NCBI GenBank assembly: GCA_021812365.1
Contig: JAKANQ010000002.1
Coordinates: 16,953 to 80,952 of the forward strand
DNA length: 64,000 nt
Direction: 5' to 3'
Origin: a bacterium
Lineage (GTDB): Bacteria; Patescibacteriota; Minisyncoccia; UBA6257; GWB1-50-10
In this document: positions 19,264 to 28,628 of the stretch, piece by piece
Numbering within the stretch: the stretch's first letter is position 1
Layout of the letters: every line of letters begins with the position of its first letter
Program-made: the position numbers and the translations under genes
Notes under the pieces: model-generated
The model's input: the letters and a program-made list of their open reading frames with translations, nothing else
Told to the model about the DNA's origin: nothing
Database searches by the model: none

Positions 19264-19518
19264 TTACTTCGCGAGCTTCTTTGCGAGGCGTGATTTCATT
19301 CTGTCCGCCTTTCCTTTTTTGATGAATTTTACCTTCGCCATCTTGTCGATCGCCTTATAAGCGTCTTTTAAGAATGCTTGCGCTTCGGTTTTTTCCGATA
19401 TGGTAAGTTTTTTGAATTTTTTTACAGTATCCTTAAGTGTTTTTTCGCGAGAAAGATTGAGCGCCCTTCTGCGGACGTTCTGGCGCAATGCTTTTTTCGC
19501 TCCTTTCGTTTTTGGCAT
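19264..19518 (-). CDS. rpsT: 30S ribosomal protein S20
   Basis: MPKTKGAKKALRQNVRRRALNLSREKTLKDTVKKF... 84 aa, basic. Typical S20 N-terminus. Confidence 0.85.
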   Translation of the reverse strand: MPKTKGAKKALRQNVRRRALNLSREKTLKDTVKKFKKLTISEKTEAQAFLKDAYKAIDKMAKVKFIKKGKADRMKSRLAKKLAK

Positions 19519-19657
19519 ATTGGGTCTATTTAACCGCAGACCACCTCGAAAGTCAAGAAAGGCGAGGAGTTATTTCAGAGGAAAATGAGCCACCCCACTT
19601 TGTTTCAAAGCGAGGGTTCAAGCTGAAAAATGACAAAATAGTGTTTTTTGCTATCAT

Positions 19658-20062
19658 ATGAACTTTATGAAGCTAAAGGAAAATATGCGATATGTAGTGA
19701 AGCGTTCAGCTGCCGGACTCGGGCTTTTTGCGCGCACCGGCATCAAAAAAGGGGAATTCATCATCGAATATACCGGTGAACATATAAGCGAAGAAGAGGC
19801 TGACCGCCGCGGAGGGATGTACCTTTTTTCGCTTGGCAAGGGTGGGGTAATTGATGGCAGGGGGCGTGAAAATCTCGCGCGCTACGTGAACCACGCATGC
19901 AAGCCGAATTGCGAAGCGGAATATAACGAGGAAGATGGGCGGGTTCGTATCTACGCGATACGTTCTATCAAGGCTGGCGAAGAACTCACCTATGATTATG
20001 GTAAGGAATTCTTTGACGAATATATCAAACCAAAAGGGTGCCGCTGCGCTGTGTGCGCGTAG
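19658..20062 (+). CDS. SET-domain protein (putative protein-lysine methyltransferase) with post-SET Cys cluster
   Basis: GLFA...GEFIIEYTGE; NHACKPNCEA (the NHSCxPN motif); ELTYDYG; C-terminal CRCAVCA post-SET-like cysteines. Confidence 0.75.
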   Translation: MNFMKLKENMRYVVKRSAAGLGLFARTGIKKGEFIIEYTGEHISEEEADRRGGMYLFSLGKGGVIDGRGRENLARYVNHACKPNCEAEYNEEDGRVRIYAIRSIKAGEELTYDYGKEFFDEYIKPKGCRCAVCA

Positions 20063-20110
20063 ATCGGCATTGCGTGGTCACGGTTCTCCGAGTGCGGTAT
20101 GATATGGTAT

Positions 20111-20689
20111 ATGCTCCACACGTTGAGGGGAAGTATCGCGGCAAAATACAATGATTCGTTTGTTATTGAGCTGAATGGAATGGGACTTAAAGCCTTTGCC
20201 AACACGCAGACACTTTCCGCGCTTCCTCCCGTTGGAGGTGAGGCGATGGTGTATTGCCATCTTATCGTGCGGGAGGAGAAGTTTGAATTATTCGCATTCC
20301 ATAGCGAGGAGGAGTTGAAGTTCTTTGAGATATTGAATTCTGTCGCGGGCGTAGGGCCAAAGACCGCACTCGGCATTCTTAATATGGATAAGGTGCCCAA
20401 TATAATGTCGGCTATCTTGGAGAAAAGAGTTGATGTTCTGACGCGCGCGTCGGGCATCGGAAAGAAGACCGCGGAGCGCATCATTTTGGAATTACAGAGC
20501 AAGATAACACTTCCCCAAGGCGCTCATAGCGGGAAGGAGATGGATATCAATCGCGACGTTGAGGATGTACTCGTGGGGCTTGGATATGCGCGAAACGATG
20601 TGCGTAGCGTACTTCAAACGATAACCGGAAAGGAAACAATAGAAGAACGATTAAGGCACGCATTAAGAGAACTCGGATCAACAAAATAA
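20111..20689 (+). CDS. ruvA: Holliday junction DNA helicase RuvA
   Basis: MLHTLRGSI... N-terminal OB domain. HhH motif ILNSVAGVGPKTALGIL. C-terminal domain III. Confidence 0.85.
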   Translation: MLHTLRGSIAAKYNDSFVIELNGMGLKAFANTQTLSALPPVGGEAMVYCHLIVREEKFELFAFHSEEELKFFEILNSVAGVGPKTALGILNMDKVPNIMSAILEKRVDVLTRASGIGKKTAERIILELQSKITLPQGAHSGKEMDINRDVEDVLVGLGYARNDVRSVLQTITGKETIEERLRHALRELGSTK

Positions 20690-20691
20690 CA

Positions 20692-21945
20692 ATGAAAAAA
20701 CTCTATTCACTCTATCATTGGCTTTGGGCGTTCGCGAGCGCGCTCGCATTCGGATTTCCAAGTAGGAAACTGTACGTAGTCGGAGTTACCGGAACAAAAG
20801 GTAAGTCTACCACTGTTGAAGTGATGAGTGCGATGTTCGAAGCCGCGGGAGAAAATACTGCTATACTTTCCTCTGTCACTCGGAAAGTGGGAAAACAGCA
20901 CGGAAGGAATATGACTGGTAACACCATGCCGGGGAGATTCGCGATACAAAAGTTTCTCGCTGATGCGGTGCGAGCGAAATGCGCGTACGCGTTTGTCGAG
21001 GTGACCTCGCAGGGGGTGGTACAGCACAGACACAGATTCATCGATTGGAATGCCGCGGTATTTTTGAATCTCGCGCCCGAACACATCGAGTCGCACGGTT
21101 CATTTGAAAAGTATCGCGACGCAAAAGTCTCATTTTTTAAATATGTGGCTCGTTCGCCCAAAAAAGGAAGGCTTTTTTTTATCAATAAGAACGATGAGTC
21201 TCAATCATATTTTGAGGAGGCGGTGAAGCACAATTATGGAAATTCCATCTATCTGTTCAGCGGAGAAGATTTTTTGCGTAATGTGCTCGCCGAACATTAT
21301 GATCTGCGAAGCGAGAGGGCGAGGAAAACGCTTGGGGAGTGGGTGCTCGCTGATTTTAATTTGGAGGATGAGGCGGCGGCATATGCACTCGCGAAAGTGC
21401 GCAAGGTCTCGTGGGAAGCGGTCGCGCGCGCACTCACGCATTTTAAAGGCGTTCCGGGGAGGCTTGAGGTGGTACAGGAAAAACCGTTTGTGGCGGTAAT
21501 TGATTATGCGCATACCCCAGATTCATTAAGGAAGCTCTATACCACGCTTCGAAAGGATTATCTCATGGACAGCGGAAGGCTCATTTGCGTATTGGGTTCC
21601 GCGGGAGGCGGACGCGATAAATGGAAGCGGCCAGAAATGGGAAAAATCGCGGCTGAATTCTGCTCGTTCATTGTGCTTACGAATGAGGACCCCTATAACG
21701 AAGAACCTGAGGATATTATGAATGAAATAAAAGCAGGTATATTAGAAACAAGTTTTTCACCCGCAAAGGTGTTCATGGTCGTTGATAGGCGCGAGGCGAT
21801 TCAAAAAGCGATTGCGTTGGCCGAGAAGGGGGATGTGGTTGTCGCGACCGGCAAAGGGAGTGAGATGTCCATCAATGGAAAGAGTGGAAGCAAGATTCCA
21901 TGGAATGAGCGAGAGGTGTTTGATGAAGAATTGCAAAGAAAATAA
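20692..21945 (+). CDS. Mur ligase family protein (MurE-like; lacks the usual N-terminal domain)
   Basis: P-loop VVGVTGTKGKSTT at residue about 30. DYAHTPDSL motif as in MurE. Mur ligase C-terminal domain. 417 aa. Confidence 0.6.
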   Translation: MKKLYSLYHWLWAFASALAFGFPSRKLYVVGVTGTKGKSTTVEVMSAMFEAAGENTAILSSVTRKVGKQHGRNMTGNTMPGRFAIQKFLADAVRAKCAYAFVEVTSQGVVQHRHRFIDWNAAVFLNLAPEHIESHGSFEKYRDAKVSFFKYVARSPKKGRLFFINKNDESQSYFEEAVKHNYGNSIYLFSGEDFLRNVLAEHYDLRSERARKTLGEWVLADFNLEDEAAAYALAKVRKVSWEAVARALTHFKGVPGRLEVVQEKPFVAVIDYAHTPDSLRKLYTTLRKDYLMDSGRLICVLGSAGGGRDKWKRPEMGKIAAEFCSFIVLTNEDPYNEEPEDIMNEIKAGILETSFSPAKVFMVVDRREAIQKAIALAEKGDVVVATGKGSEMSINGKSGSKIPWNEREVFDEELQRK

Positions 21946-21968
21946 AACAGCCCTAAGGCTGTTTTTTA
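21945..21968 (+). terminator. Rho-independent terminator
   Basis: aaacagccctaaggctgttttttatt. Confidence 0.6.
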
Positions 21969-22000
21969 TTATTTATTGAAACGAAGTATAATAAGCATAT

Positions 22001-23356
22001 ATGAAACTGACATTTTACGGAGGCGCGGAAGAGGTGACTGGCTCAAATTATCTTTTGGAGTCTGATGGCACTAAGATTCTTATTGATTGCGGTCTTTTTC
22101 AAGGCTCAAGGTATGCCGAAGAAGGAAATCAAATTCCTTTTCAATATGATCCGAAGTCGATTGATGCGTTATTTGTGACGCATGGACACATTGACCACAT
22201 CGGAAGAATTCCTAAGCTTTTCAAAGATGGATTTCGCGGGAAGATATATTCCACCGAACCCACAAAAGATTTTGCAGAGCCACTTCTTTTGGATGCAATG
22301 CATATGATGAGCGATGAAGGGGTGCGCCACGGCACAAAAGACCTATATGACGAGGATGATATCGACGGAGCGCTCAAATTGTGGGATGCCTACTCATATC
22401 ATGAGCCGATAACTATCGGTCCTTTTGAGATAGAGTTCTATGATGCGGGGCACATTTTAGGGTCATCATCTATTTTGGTTTCTGCAGAGGGGAAGCGCGT
22501 GTTGTTCTCGGGTGATCTGGGAAACACCCCCTCTCTTTTCATAAAGCCGACGGAATATTTTGAAAACGTCGATTATGCGCTCATCGAGTCAGCATACGGC
22601 AATCGCATTCATGAGGGTGCGGAGGACCGGTCTGATATATTGGAGGACGTAATCGAAGAAACCACGAAAAACGGCGGTGTAGTCATGATTCCTTCATTTG
22701 CGCTTGAGCGTACGCAGGAGATGATCTACGAGATAAATGAACTTGCCGAAGGGGGGAAGATTCCAGAGGTTCCCGTGTTCGTTGATAGTCCGCTCGCGAT
22801 AAAACTGACCGCCATTTATCAGAAGTACTCGAGGAATCCAAAATACATCAATGACGAGTTTCTCGCACACGAACACTCTGGACAATCGACGTTCACTCTT
22901 CCTGGGGTGACAATGACGCTCACTACTGAACAATCAAAGGAGATCAATGATGTTCCTGCGCCGAAGATTATCATCGCCGGTTCCGGAATGTCGCAGGGTG
23001 GACGCATTCTCCATCACGAGATGAGATATCTGCCCGATCCTAAAAGCCTCATTCTTTTTGTTGGGTATCAGTCAAAAGGCTCGCTTGGCCGCGCGATTTT
23101 GGAGGGTGCTGCGCGCGTTAGGATAATGGGTGAGGATGTAGATGTGCGTTGTAAGAAAAGTGTCATTAGTGGATATTCAGCGCACGCAGACCAAAACCAG
23201 CTTATGAAGTGGCTCGCCCCAATGCGAGAACGCGTAAAAACCGTATTTGTGGTGCAGGGTGAAAAAGACAGCGCGGAAGCGCTTGCGCAGCGTGCGCGGG
23301 ACGAGCTTGCAATACGCGCGGTAGTTCCCGCGGCAAATACTTCCGTGGTGTTATAA
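22001..23356 (+). CDS. Metallo-beta-lactamase/beta-CASP family ribonuclease (TTHA0252/RNase J-like, about 450 aa)
   Basis: HGHIDHIG (HxHxDH) motif. Beta-CASP region. C-terminal GYSAHAD motif. Confidence 0.7.
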   Translation: MKLTFYGGAEEVTGSNYLLESDGTKILIDCGLFQGSRYAEEGNQIPFQYDPKSIDALFVTHGHIDHIGRIPKLFKDGFRGKIYSTEPTKDFAEPLLLDAMHMMSDEGVRHGTKDLYDEDDIDGALKLWDAYSYHEPITIGPFEIEFYDAGHILGSSSILVSAEGKRVLFSGDLGNTPSLFIKPTEYFENVDYALIESAYGNRIHEGAEDRSDILEDVIEETTKNGGVVMIPSFALERTQEMIYEINELAEGGKIPEVPVFVDSPLAIKLTAIYQKYSRNPKYINDEFLAHEHSGQSTFTLPGVTMTLTTEQSKEINDVPAPKIIIAGSGMSQGGRILHHEMRYLPDPKSLILFVGYQSKGSLGRAILEGAARVRIMGEDVDVRCKKSVISGYSAHADQNQLMKWLAPMRERVKTVFVVQGEKDSAEALAQRARDELAIRAVVPAANTSVVL

Positions 23357-23380
23357 TTGAAGAATACAAAAACATAATCT

Positions 23381-24016
23381 ATGGTCAAAAAAACAATCAC
23401 AACCGATAAAGATTTTTCATCGCACATTCATCAATTGAAATATAAGATATGTGTTTCCGGTGCGGCGGAGACGGGGCATTGTTCAAAGAATGCATTTGAG
23501 ATGGCGGAGGCGATAGGTCGCGAAGTGGCAAGGCGCGACCTAGTGTTGGTAACCGGCGCAACAACCGGAATTCCCTACTGGTCGGCGAAGGGTGCGAAGA
23601 TGGCTGGTGGTCTGGTCATTGGTCTCTCTCCCGCGGCTTCAAAGACGGCACACGTGAAATCATACAAGCTACCCACCGACTATCACGATATGATAATTTA
23701 CACGGGGTTTGATTATGCAGGAAGAAACCTTCTTCTTACCCGTTCATCCGATGCAATCATCACCATTTGTGGCCGCGTGGGAACGCTGAACGAGTTTACT
23801 ATTGGATTTGAGGACAATAAACCTATGGGTGTCTTGGAGGGGTCTGGTGGAACCGCGGATTATATCCGCGAACTTTTAGAAAAATCACATAGAGGTACGG
23901 GAAAGGTCTCGTTTTCAAACGACCCCGCAGAGCTTGTGGAAAAAGTTCTCGCAACCATCAAAGAAGATGAGGCGAAGAATGGAAGTGGAAAGGTTGGTTC
24001 GGCGCGAGGAGGATAA
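23381..24016 (+). CDS. TIGR00725/LOG-like (SLOG) Rossmann-fold protein
   Basis: ICVSGAAE...LVLVTGATTGIPYWSAKGAKMAGGLVIGLSP...ITICGRVGTLNEF...GVLEGSGG matches the LOG/DprA-like Rossmann family pattern. Confidence 0.5.
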   Translation: MVKKTITTDKDFSSHIHQLKYKICVSGAAETGHCSKNAFEMAEAIGREVARRDLVLVTGATTGIPYWSAKGAKMAGGLVIGLSPAASKTAHVKSYKLPTDYHDMIIYTGFDYAGRNLLLTRSSDAIITICGRVGTLNEFTIGFEDNKPMGVLEGSGGTADYIRELLEKSHRGTGKVSFSNDPAELVEKVLATIKEDEAKNGSGKVGSARGG

Positions 24017-24032
24017 CTACGCACTTAATACA

Positions 24033-24434
24033 ATGAAGAAGAAAATAAAAACAAAACCGAAAAAGACAATAAATAGGAGTAAGTTGAAAACGACGCCGAA
24101 GAAAAAAACGAAACTAAAGATAAAAACACAATCAAGGGCAAGGAAGGTAATAAAAAAGGAAACAATAACCGCAAAACTATCAGTAAAGGCAGAAAAACCC
24201 ATTGGCAGAGTGACCCATTTCTTTAATCACATCAATGTTGTTATCGTGAAGTTCAGGGTGCCGGTGAGGATTGGAGCCGACGTTCGCCTGAAGGGCGCGA
24301 CCACCGATTTTCCAACGGTGATAAAATCGATGCAGTATGATCACAAACCCATCAATGTTGCCAAAAAAGGGCAGGAGGTTGGAATCAAGATAAAAAAGAA
24401 AGCGAGAGAAGGGGATTTGGTATATCTCGTATGA
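24033..24434 (+). CDS. Lysine-rich basic protein with C-terminal beta-barrel-like domain (hypothetical nucleic-acid binding)
   Basis: KKKIKTKPKKTINRSKLKTTPKKKTKLKIK low-complexity N-terminus. Start moved to the internal MKKKIKT to avoid a frame overlap with the preceding gene. Confidence 0.4.
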   Translation: MKKKIKTKPKKTINRSKLKTTPKKKTKLKIKTQSRARKVIKKETITAKLSVKAEKPIGRVTHFFNHINVVIVKFRVPVRIGADVRLKGATTDFPTVIKSMQYDHKPINVAKKGQEVGIKIKKKAREGDLVYLV

Positions 24435-24450
24435 CGCACGACCACGAAAG

Positions 24451-24475
24451 ACACCTCCAAGCGAGGTGTTTTTAT
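24451..24475 (+). terminator. Rho-independent terminator
   Basis: acacctccaagcgaggtgt hairpin plus T-run. Confidence 0.55.
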
Positions 24476-24489
24476 TTATTTGGATTATA

Positions 24490-25611
24490 ATGAACCAAAT
24501 GAATAAGGATTTTATATTTGCATCAAGTTTACTTGCAAACACCATCATTGGAGCTGGTATTTTTTCACTTCCTTTCGTATTTCACGCGGTGGGGATGGGA
24601 TACGGGATACTGTGTCTCCTTTCCTTTGCCACACTATATTCAGCGCTTCACCTTATGTATGCGCATATTCTTCAAACCGGAGAAAAAAATCATAGATTTG
24701 CCTATTTTGCCGAAAAATATTTAGGGCGTGGACTTGGGAGGGTTGTTGCGGGGTTTATACTCGTTGAGTTGTTGCTTGTTCTCACGGTGTATCTCATTTT
24801 AGCTCCTTCATTTTTCTCAATCCTGCTTGGGATTTCGGGTAGCGCGGCTATTTTGCTTTTTTGGACACTAGGCTCCATCTTTATTTTTTTAAATCTCGAA
24901 GAGTTGGGGTGGGTGGCAACAGTGAGCTTGTTTTCAATTTTTGCCATTGTCGCAATTGTTTTTCAATACAGCACTCTCCACGAGCTCACAACCCCTCTTT
25001 TCAAGCAAATGAATATAGTTACCATCATGCTTCCGTTCGGTCCATTACTATTCGCTCTTAATGGGCGGCCAGGAATCTCGAAGGTGGTGGATATTTGGAG
25101 AAAGGCGAAAAATCACGCAACGCCATTTTTATTGGGCAATGCAATCATCGCGGGAACCTTGATTTCTGCGCTTATTTACTTTCTTTTTGTGGTGAGCGTG
25201 CTTAAGTTAAGCCCAGTTCCCAGCGAGGATGCGATTTTCGGACTTTTTGGCGTTATGCCAATGTGGACAATCATCTGCCTTGGTATGCTCGGTCTCCTCG
25301 CAATTTGGACGTCTTATTTTATGATTGGTGCGAATATACGCGATATATTGCGCGGAGATCTTCATTTCTCGAGTATTACCAGCGCATTTTTTGTTCTTTT
25401 TGTGCCACCCGCGCTATATTTCTTAGGGGTAAGCCAATTTATAAAAGCGATAAGTTTTATTGGTGGCACGCTTCTATCCCTTGAGGGAATCTTCATTGTG
25501 ATGATGTGGCGACGCGCATTTCCAAAAAGCAGGCTGTATCACGTTTCACTTGTTTTGTATTTAGTATTTTTGTGTGCAATCATCTATCAAGTCGCACAAT
25601 TTTTCACATAA
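24490..25611 (+). CDS. Polytopic membrane permease (amino-acid/aromatic-amino-acid permease-like)
   Basis: About 10 TM segments. N-terminal FIFASSLLANTIIGAGIFSLPFVF resembles the Aa_trans/Trp-Tyr permease signature. Confidence 0.45.
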   Translation: MNQMNKDFIFASSLLANTIIGAGIFSLPFVFHAVGMGYGILCLLSFATLYSALHLMYAHILQTGEKNHRFAYFAEKYLGRGLGRVVAGFILVELLLVLTVYLILAPSFFSILLGISGSAAILLFWTLGSIFIFLNLEELGWVATVSLFSIFAIVAIVFQYSTLHELTTPLFKQMNIVTIMLPFGPLLFALNGRPGISKVVDIWRKAKNHATPFLLGNAIIAGTLISALIYFLFVVSVLKLSPVPSEDAIFGLFGVMPMWTIICLGMLGLLAIWTSYFMIGANIRDILRGDLHFSSITSAFFVLFVPPALYFLGVSQFIKAISFIGGTLLSLEGIFIVMMWRRAFPKSRLYHVSLVLYLVFLCAIIYQVAQFFT

Positions 25612-26897
25612 TGAAAACGCTCTTACGTTGGTTCACTTTATTGTTCATATTCGCGCTTCCGATTGGCGCAAAAAAATTCGTTGTAGTGCTTCTCCCTCAA
25701 TTTTTTGAGAACGCGCGGGAATTCTCATCGCTTTTCATATATGGGACGGATATTATTGCTGTGCTGATTATCGTGTTTGCTGTTATTCATTTTCGCCGCA
25801 CATTGTTTGAGGAATTTGCGGGCTCGAAGATACTTCCTATATTCGTTGGATTGGCGGCGGTTTCCATAGTGGGCGCCGCGAATTATAGTTACGCGGCATA
25901 CGTGTTCGGGGGGCTCTTGATGGGGGTGCTTATCGCACTTGCCGTTGGAGCCATGTTGAGAACTGACACTATTCGTTTTCGGGATGTGGCAATAGCCATC
26001 GGATTTTCCGCTTTTTTTCAGGCGGTTGTCGCGCTTCTCCAGTTCTATTATCAAAAAAGCATCGGTCTTTGGTTTCTTGGTGAGTCAGTGATTACTGCGA
26101 CGACGCCGGGTGTGGCAAGGGTTCTTATAGGAGGAGAGCGGTACCTACGGAGTTATGGAACGTTGCCACACGCAAATATTTTGGCAGGATTCCTTGTCTT
26201 GGGAATTATTGCCATCGCGTATCTGTTTTTTACTTCAGCGCCTGAGAAAAAGTTTGCACGAATGGTTTCCGCGGCGGGTTTTTTCATCATATTGTTCGCG
26301 CTTATTCTCACGTTTTCCCGTTCGGGTTGGATTGTCGGAGGTGGGAGTGTCGCTGCCATTCTCGCGTATGGAATCATACGAAAAGAGCTGAGGGCCCGCG
26401 CATTCAGATTTTTAGGAGTTGCTCTCATCTCGCTCCTCATCCTTGCATACTCGTTGGGGTGGGCAATCGTGCCGCGCGCAGGATTTGTGAAAGGCGAGGC
26501 ATCGGTGGATCACCGTATTTTTTACAATGAAATAGGTCTCTCGCTTCTTGAAAGGCACCCCTTGGGGGTGGGTGAGGGAAATCAGGTGCTCCAAGCTGTG
26601 CGTGAAGGGTTGTATCTGTCGAAGGGACTTAATGAGGTATGGCTTTGGCAGCCTGTGCATAATATTTACATTCTTATCGCATCCGAGCTCGGCATACCCG
26701 GTCTTTTGCTATTTCTGCTGTTTCTCTTCGTCCTTTTTAAGGAAATGGAATTCAAGCGCACGCAGGCGGTATTTGCGAGTCTTTTAGTTATATCGCTCTT
26801 GGCGTTCGGCCTCGTCGATCATTTCCCGTGGGACTTGCATGCGGGGCGTTTGATGTTTTGGGTTGCATTGGGAATAATGATGGGTGAGCAGGTGTAG
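25611..26897 (+). CDS. O-antigen ligase/Wzy-like polymerase family membrane protein
   Basis: Polytopic. ...LTFSRSGWIVGGGSVAAIL... matches the Wzy_C signature loop. The TAATG start overlaps the upstream stop by 1 nt. Confidence 0.6.
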   Translation: MKTLLRWFTLLFIFALPIGAKKFVVVLLPQFFENAREFSSLFIYGTDIIAVLIIVFAVIHFRRTLFEEFAGSKILPIFVGLAAVSIVGAANYSYAAYVFGGLLMGVLIALAVGAMLRTDTIRFRDVAIAIGFSAFFQAVVALLQFYYQKSIGLWFLGESVITATTPGVARVLIGGERYLRSYGTLPHANILAGFLVLGIIAIAYLFFTSAPEKKFARMVSAAGFFIILFALILTFSRSGWIVGGGSVAAILAYGIIRKELRARAFRFLGVALISLLILAYSLGWAIVPRAGFVKGEASVDHRIFYNEIGLSLLERHPLGVGEGNQVLQAVREGLYLSKGLNEVWLWQPVHNIYILIASELGIPGLLLFLLFLFVLFKEMEFKRTQAVFASLLVISLLAFGLVDHFPWDLHAGRLMFWVALGIMMGEQV

Positions 26898-26908
26898 TGC
26901 GTTGCCAC

Positions 26909-26980
26909 GCCCTCGTAGTTGAATGGATACAATATCTCCCTCCGAAGGAGGAGGTGCAAGTTCGATTCTTGCCGAGGGCA
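26909..26980 (+). tRNA. tRNA-Arg (anticodon CCG)
   Basis: Hand-folded cloverleaf: acceptor GCCCTCG/CGAGGGC, D-arm GTTG-AATGGATA-CAAT, anticodon arm TCTCC-CTCCGAA-GGAGG (U33, CCG, A37), T-arm GCAAG-TTCGATT-CTTGC, discriminator A. No encoded CCA. Confidence 0.7.
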
Positions 26981-26984
26981 CAGG

Positions 26985-27896
26985 ATGAAAATTTTGAAGA
27001 ACAAAAAAATCAGCACGTTCTCTACGTTTGGCATTGGCGGCCGCGCTGAATATTTTTGCGAAGCGCATACTAAAAAAGAATTGTTTTTAGCATTTGAGTT
27101 CGCGAAAGCAAAGAAGACAGCGTATAAGCTTTTCGCGGGGGGAAGCAATGTGGTGTTCCCTGATGGAGTGATGCGTGGACTTTTGATACGCATCAAGGGC
27201 GGAACGATACAAAGGCTTGCGTCGCGGCGCCTATATGTAGGTGCGGGCGTACCCCTTTCACGGCTTATCACGCATACAATTGCGAGCGGATTGGCGGGGC
27301 TTGAGGCGCTTTCGGGAATTCCCGGTACGGTTGGAGGCGCGCTTGTGGGAAACGCGGGCGCGTATGGCCACTCGATTGAGGAGGTGGTTCTGCGAGTGCG
27401 TGTGTGGAACGGGAAAAAAGAGATGTGGATTGGAAAAAACGAATGTAAATTTGCATATCGAGAAAGCATTTTCAAGTACGATGGATTGGTGGTACTTGGG
27501 GCAGAACTCCTCTTTAAAAAAGAAAGCATTAAAAAACTCCGCGAGACATCGAGACGGATTATCGCGGAACGGCTCGCAAAATATCCAAATGGACTGATGT
27601 GCCCCGGAAGTTATTTTAAGAACGTCCTTGTTGGTGATATTTCACCGCGTGCATTTGAGAAGATAGACATGCGTAAGATAACCGGGGGCAAGGTTGCCGC
27701 GGGGTATCTTCTTGAGGCTGCGGGCGCGAAGGGAATGAGGTATGGTGGTGTGGGGGTCGCGGAATATCATGGAAATCTTATTTTGAATTATGGAAAGGGT
27801 ACCGCAAAAGACGCTAAAGCTCTTGCCGCAACACTCAAACGACGAGTAAGGATGAAATTCGGAATTGAGCTTCAGGAAGAGGTAAAGTATCTTTGA
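26985..27896 (+). CDS. murB: UDP-N-acetylenolpyruvoylglucosamine reductase MurB
   Basis: MKILKNKKISTFSTFGIGGRAEYF...AGGSNVVFPD, typical FAD-binding MurB N-terminus. C-terminal MurB domain. Confidence 0.85.
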   Translation: MKILKNKKISTFSTFGIGGRAEYFCEAHTKKELFLAFEFAKAKKTAYKLFAGGSNVVFPDGVMRGLLIRIKGGTIQRLASRRLYVGAGVPLSRLITHTIASGLAGLEALSGIPGTVGGALVGNAGAYGHSIEEVVLRVRVWNGKKEMWIGKNECKFAYRESIFKYDGLVVLGAELLFKKESIKKLRETSRRIIAERLAKYPNGLMCPGSYFKNVLVGDISPRAFEKIDMRKITGGKVAAGYLLEAAGAKGMRYGGVGVAEYHGNLILNYGKGTAKDAKALAATLKRRVRMKFGIELQEEVKYL

Positions 27897-27899
27897 TAT

Positions 27900-28484
27900 A
27901 TGGAAAAGCGAGACGCATTACAAAAACTTGAACGAGAACTCATAAATGATATGTCACTCCCGCTTCGCGAGGCGAATCTCGTGTTTGGCGAGGGGAACAC
28001 CAACTGCAAGATACTTTTTATCGGAGAAGCGCCAGGACAGAAAGAAGATGAGTTGCGGCGGCCATTTGTCGGTCGTTCGGGGCAGCTTTTGAATAAGATG
28101 TTGGAAGAGATAGGTTTGAAGCGCGAGGATGTGTACATTACAAACATCGTGAAGCGCCGCCCTCCGGGAAACAGAGATCCGCTACCTCACGAAATTGAGG
28201 CATATAAGCCGTATCTTACGCGGCAGATTGAGATAATAAAACCGACGATCGTTGTGACACTCGGCAGATTTTCGATGAACTACTTTTTACCTGAGGCGAA
28301 GATATCAAGGGATCAGGGCAGGTTATTTCGCGCAAACGGTTTTTTTATCTATCCCATCTATCATCCCGCCGCCGCAATGAGAGGAAATTCAATGATGGCG
28401 GAGTTTAGAGAGAGTTTTGAAAAACTTCCAAAAGCGATTGCAAGGTGCGAAGGACTGCTTCATAAGCCAGCAACTAACGACTGA
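27900..28484 (+). CDS. Uracil-DNA glycosylase, family 4
   Basis: GEGNTNCKILFIGEAPGQKEDELRRPFVGRSGQLL...VYITNIVKRRPPGNRDP matches family-4 UDG motifs A and B. Confidence 0.8.
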   Translation: MEKRDALQKLERELINDMSLPLREANLVFGEGNTNCKILFIGEAPGQKEDELRRPFVGRSGQLLNKMLEEIGLKREDVYITNIVKRRPPGNRDPLPHEIEAYKPYLTRQIEIIKPTIVVTLGRFSMNYFLPEAKISRDQGRLFRANGFFIYPIYHPAAAMRGNSMMAEFRESFEKLPKAIARCEGLLHKPATND

Positions 28485-28512
28485 CAGCCGCTGACCAACC
28501 GCAGCGGATAGA

Positions 28513-28549
28513 ATACAGTGCTGTGCTATAGCACAGCACTGTATTTTTA
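28513..28549 (+). terminator. Rho-independent terminator
   Basis: atacagtgctgtgc-tata-gcacagcactgtat perfect 14-bp stem followed by TTTTT. A second small hairpin lies at 28485-28507. Confidence 0.75.
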
Positions 28550-28628
28550 ATAATGCCAATCTTGTTTAATGTCTTGAGGCGCGGAGGAATCTACTCAGGG
28601 AGCCCGAAAACGGGTATAATGGGGATAT

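Noticed and set aside
23934-24032. N-terminal 33 codons of the lysine-rich ORF
   Set aside because: Overlaps the 3' end of the LOG-like gene in another frame. The internal MKKKIKT start gives a non-overlapping gene.
26784-27529. Two long minus-strand ORFs (94 and 236 aa) opposite the Wzy-like/tRNA-Arg/murB region
   Set aside because: Antisense to a convincing tRNA and to murB. They contain the RQESNLHL…YPFNYEG type tRNA-shadow peptide. No motifs.
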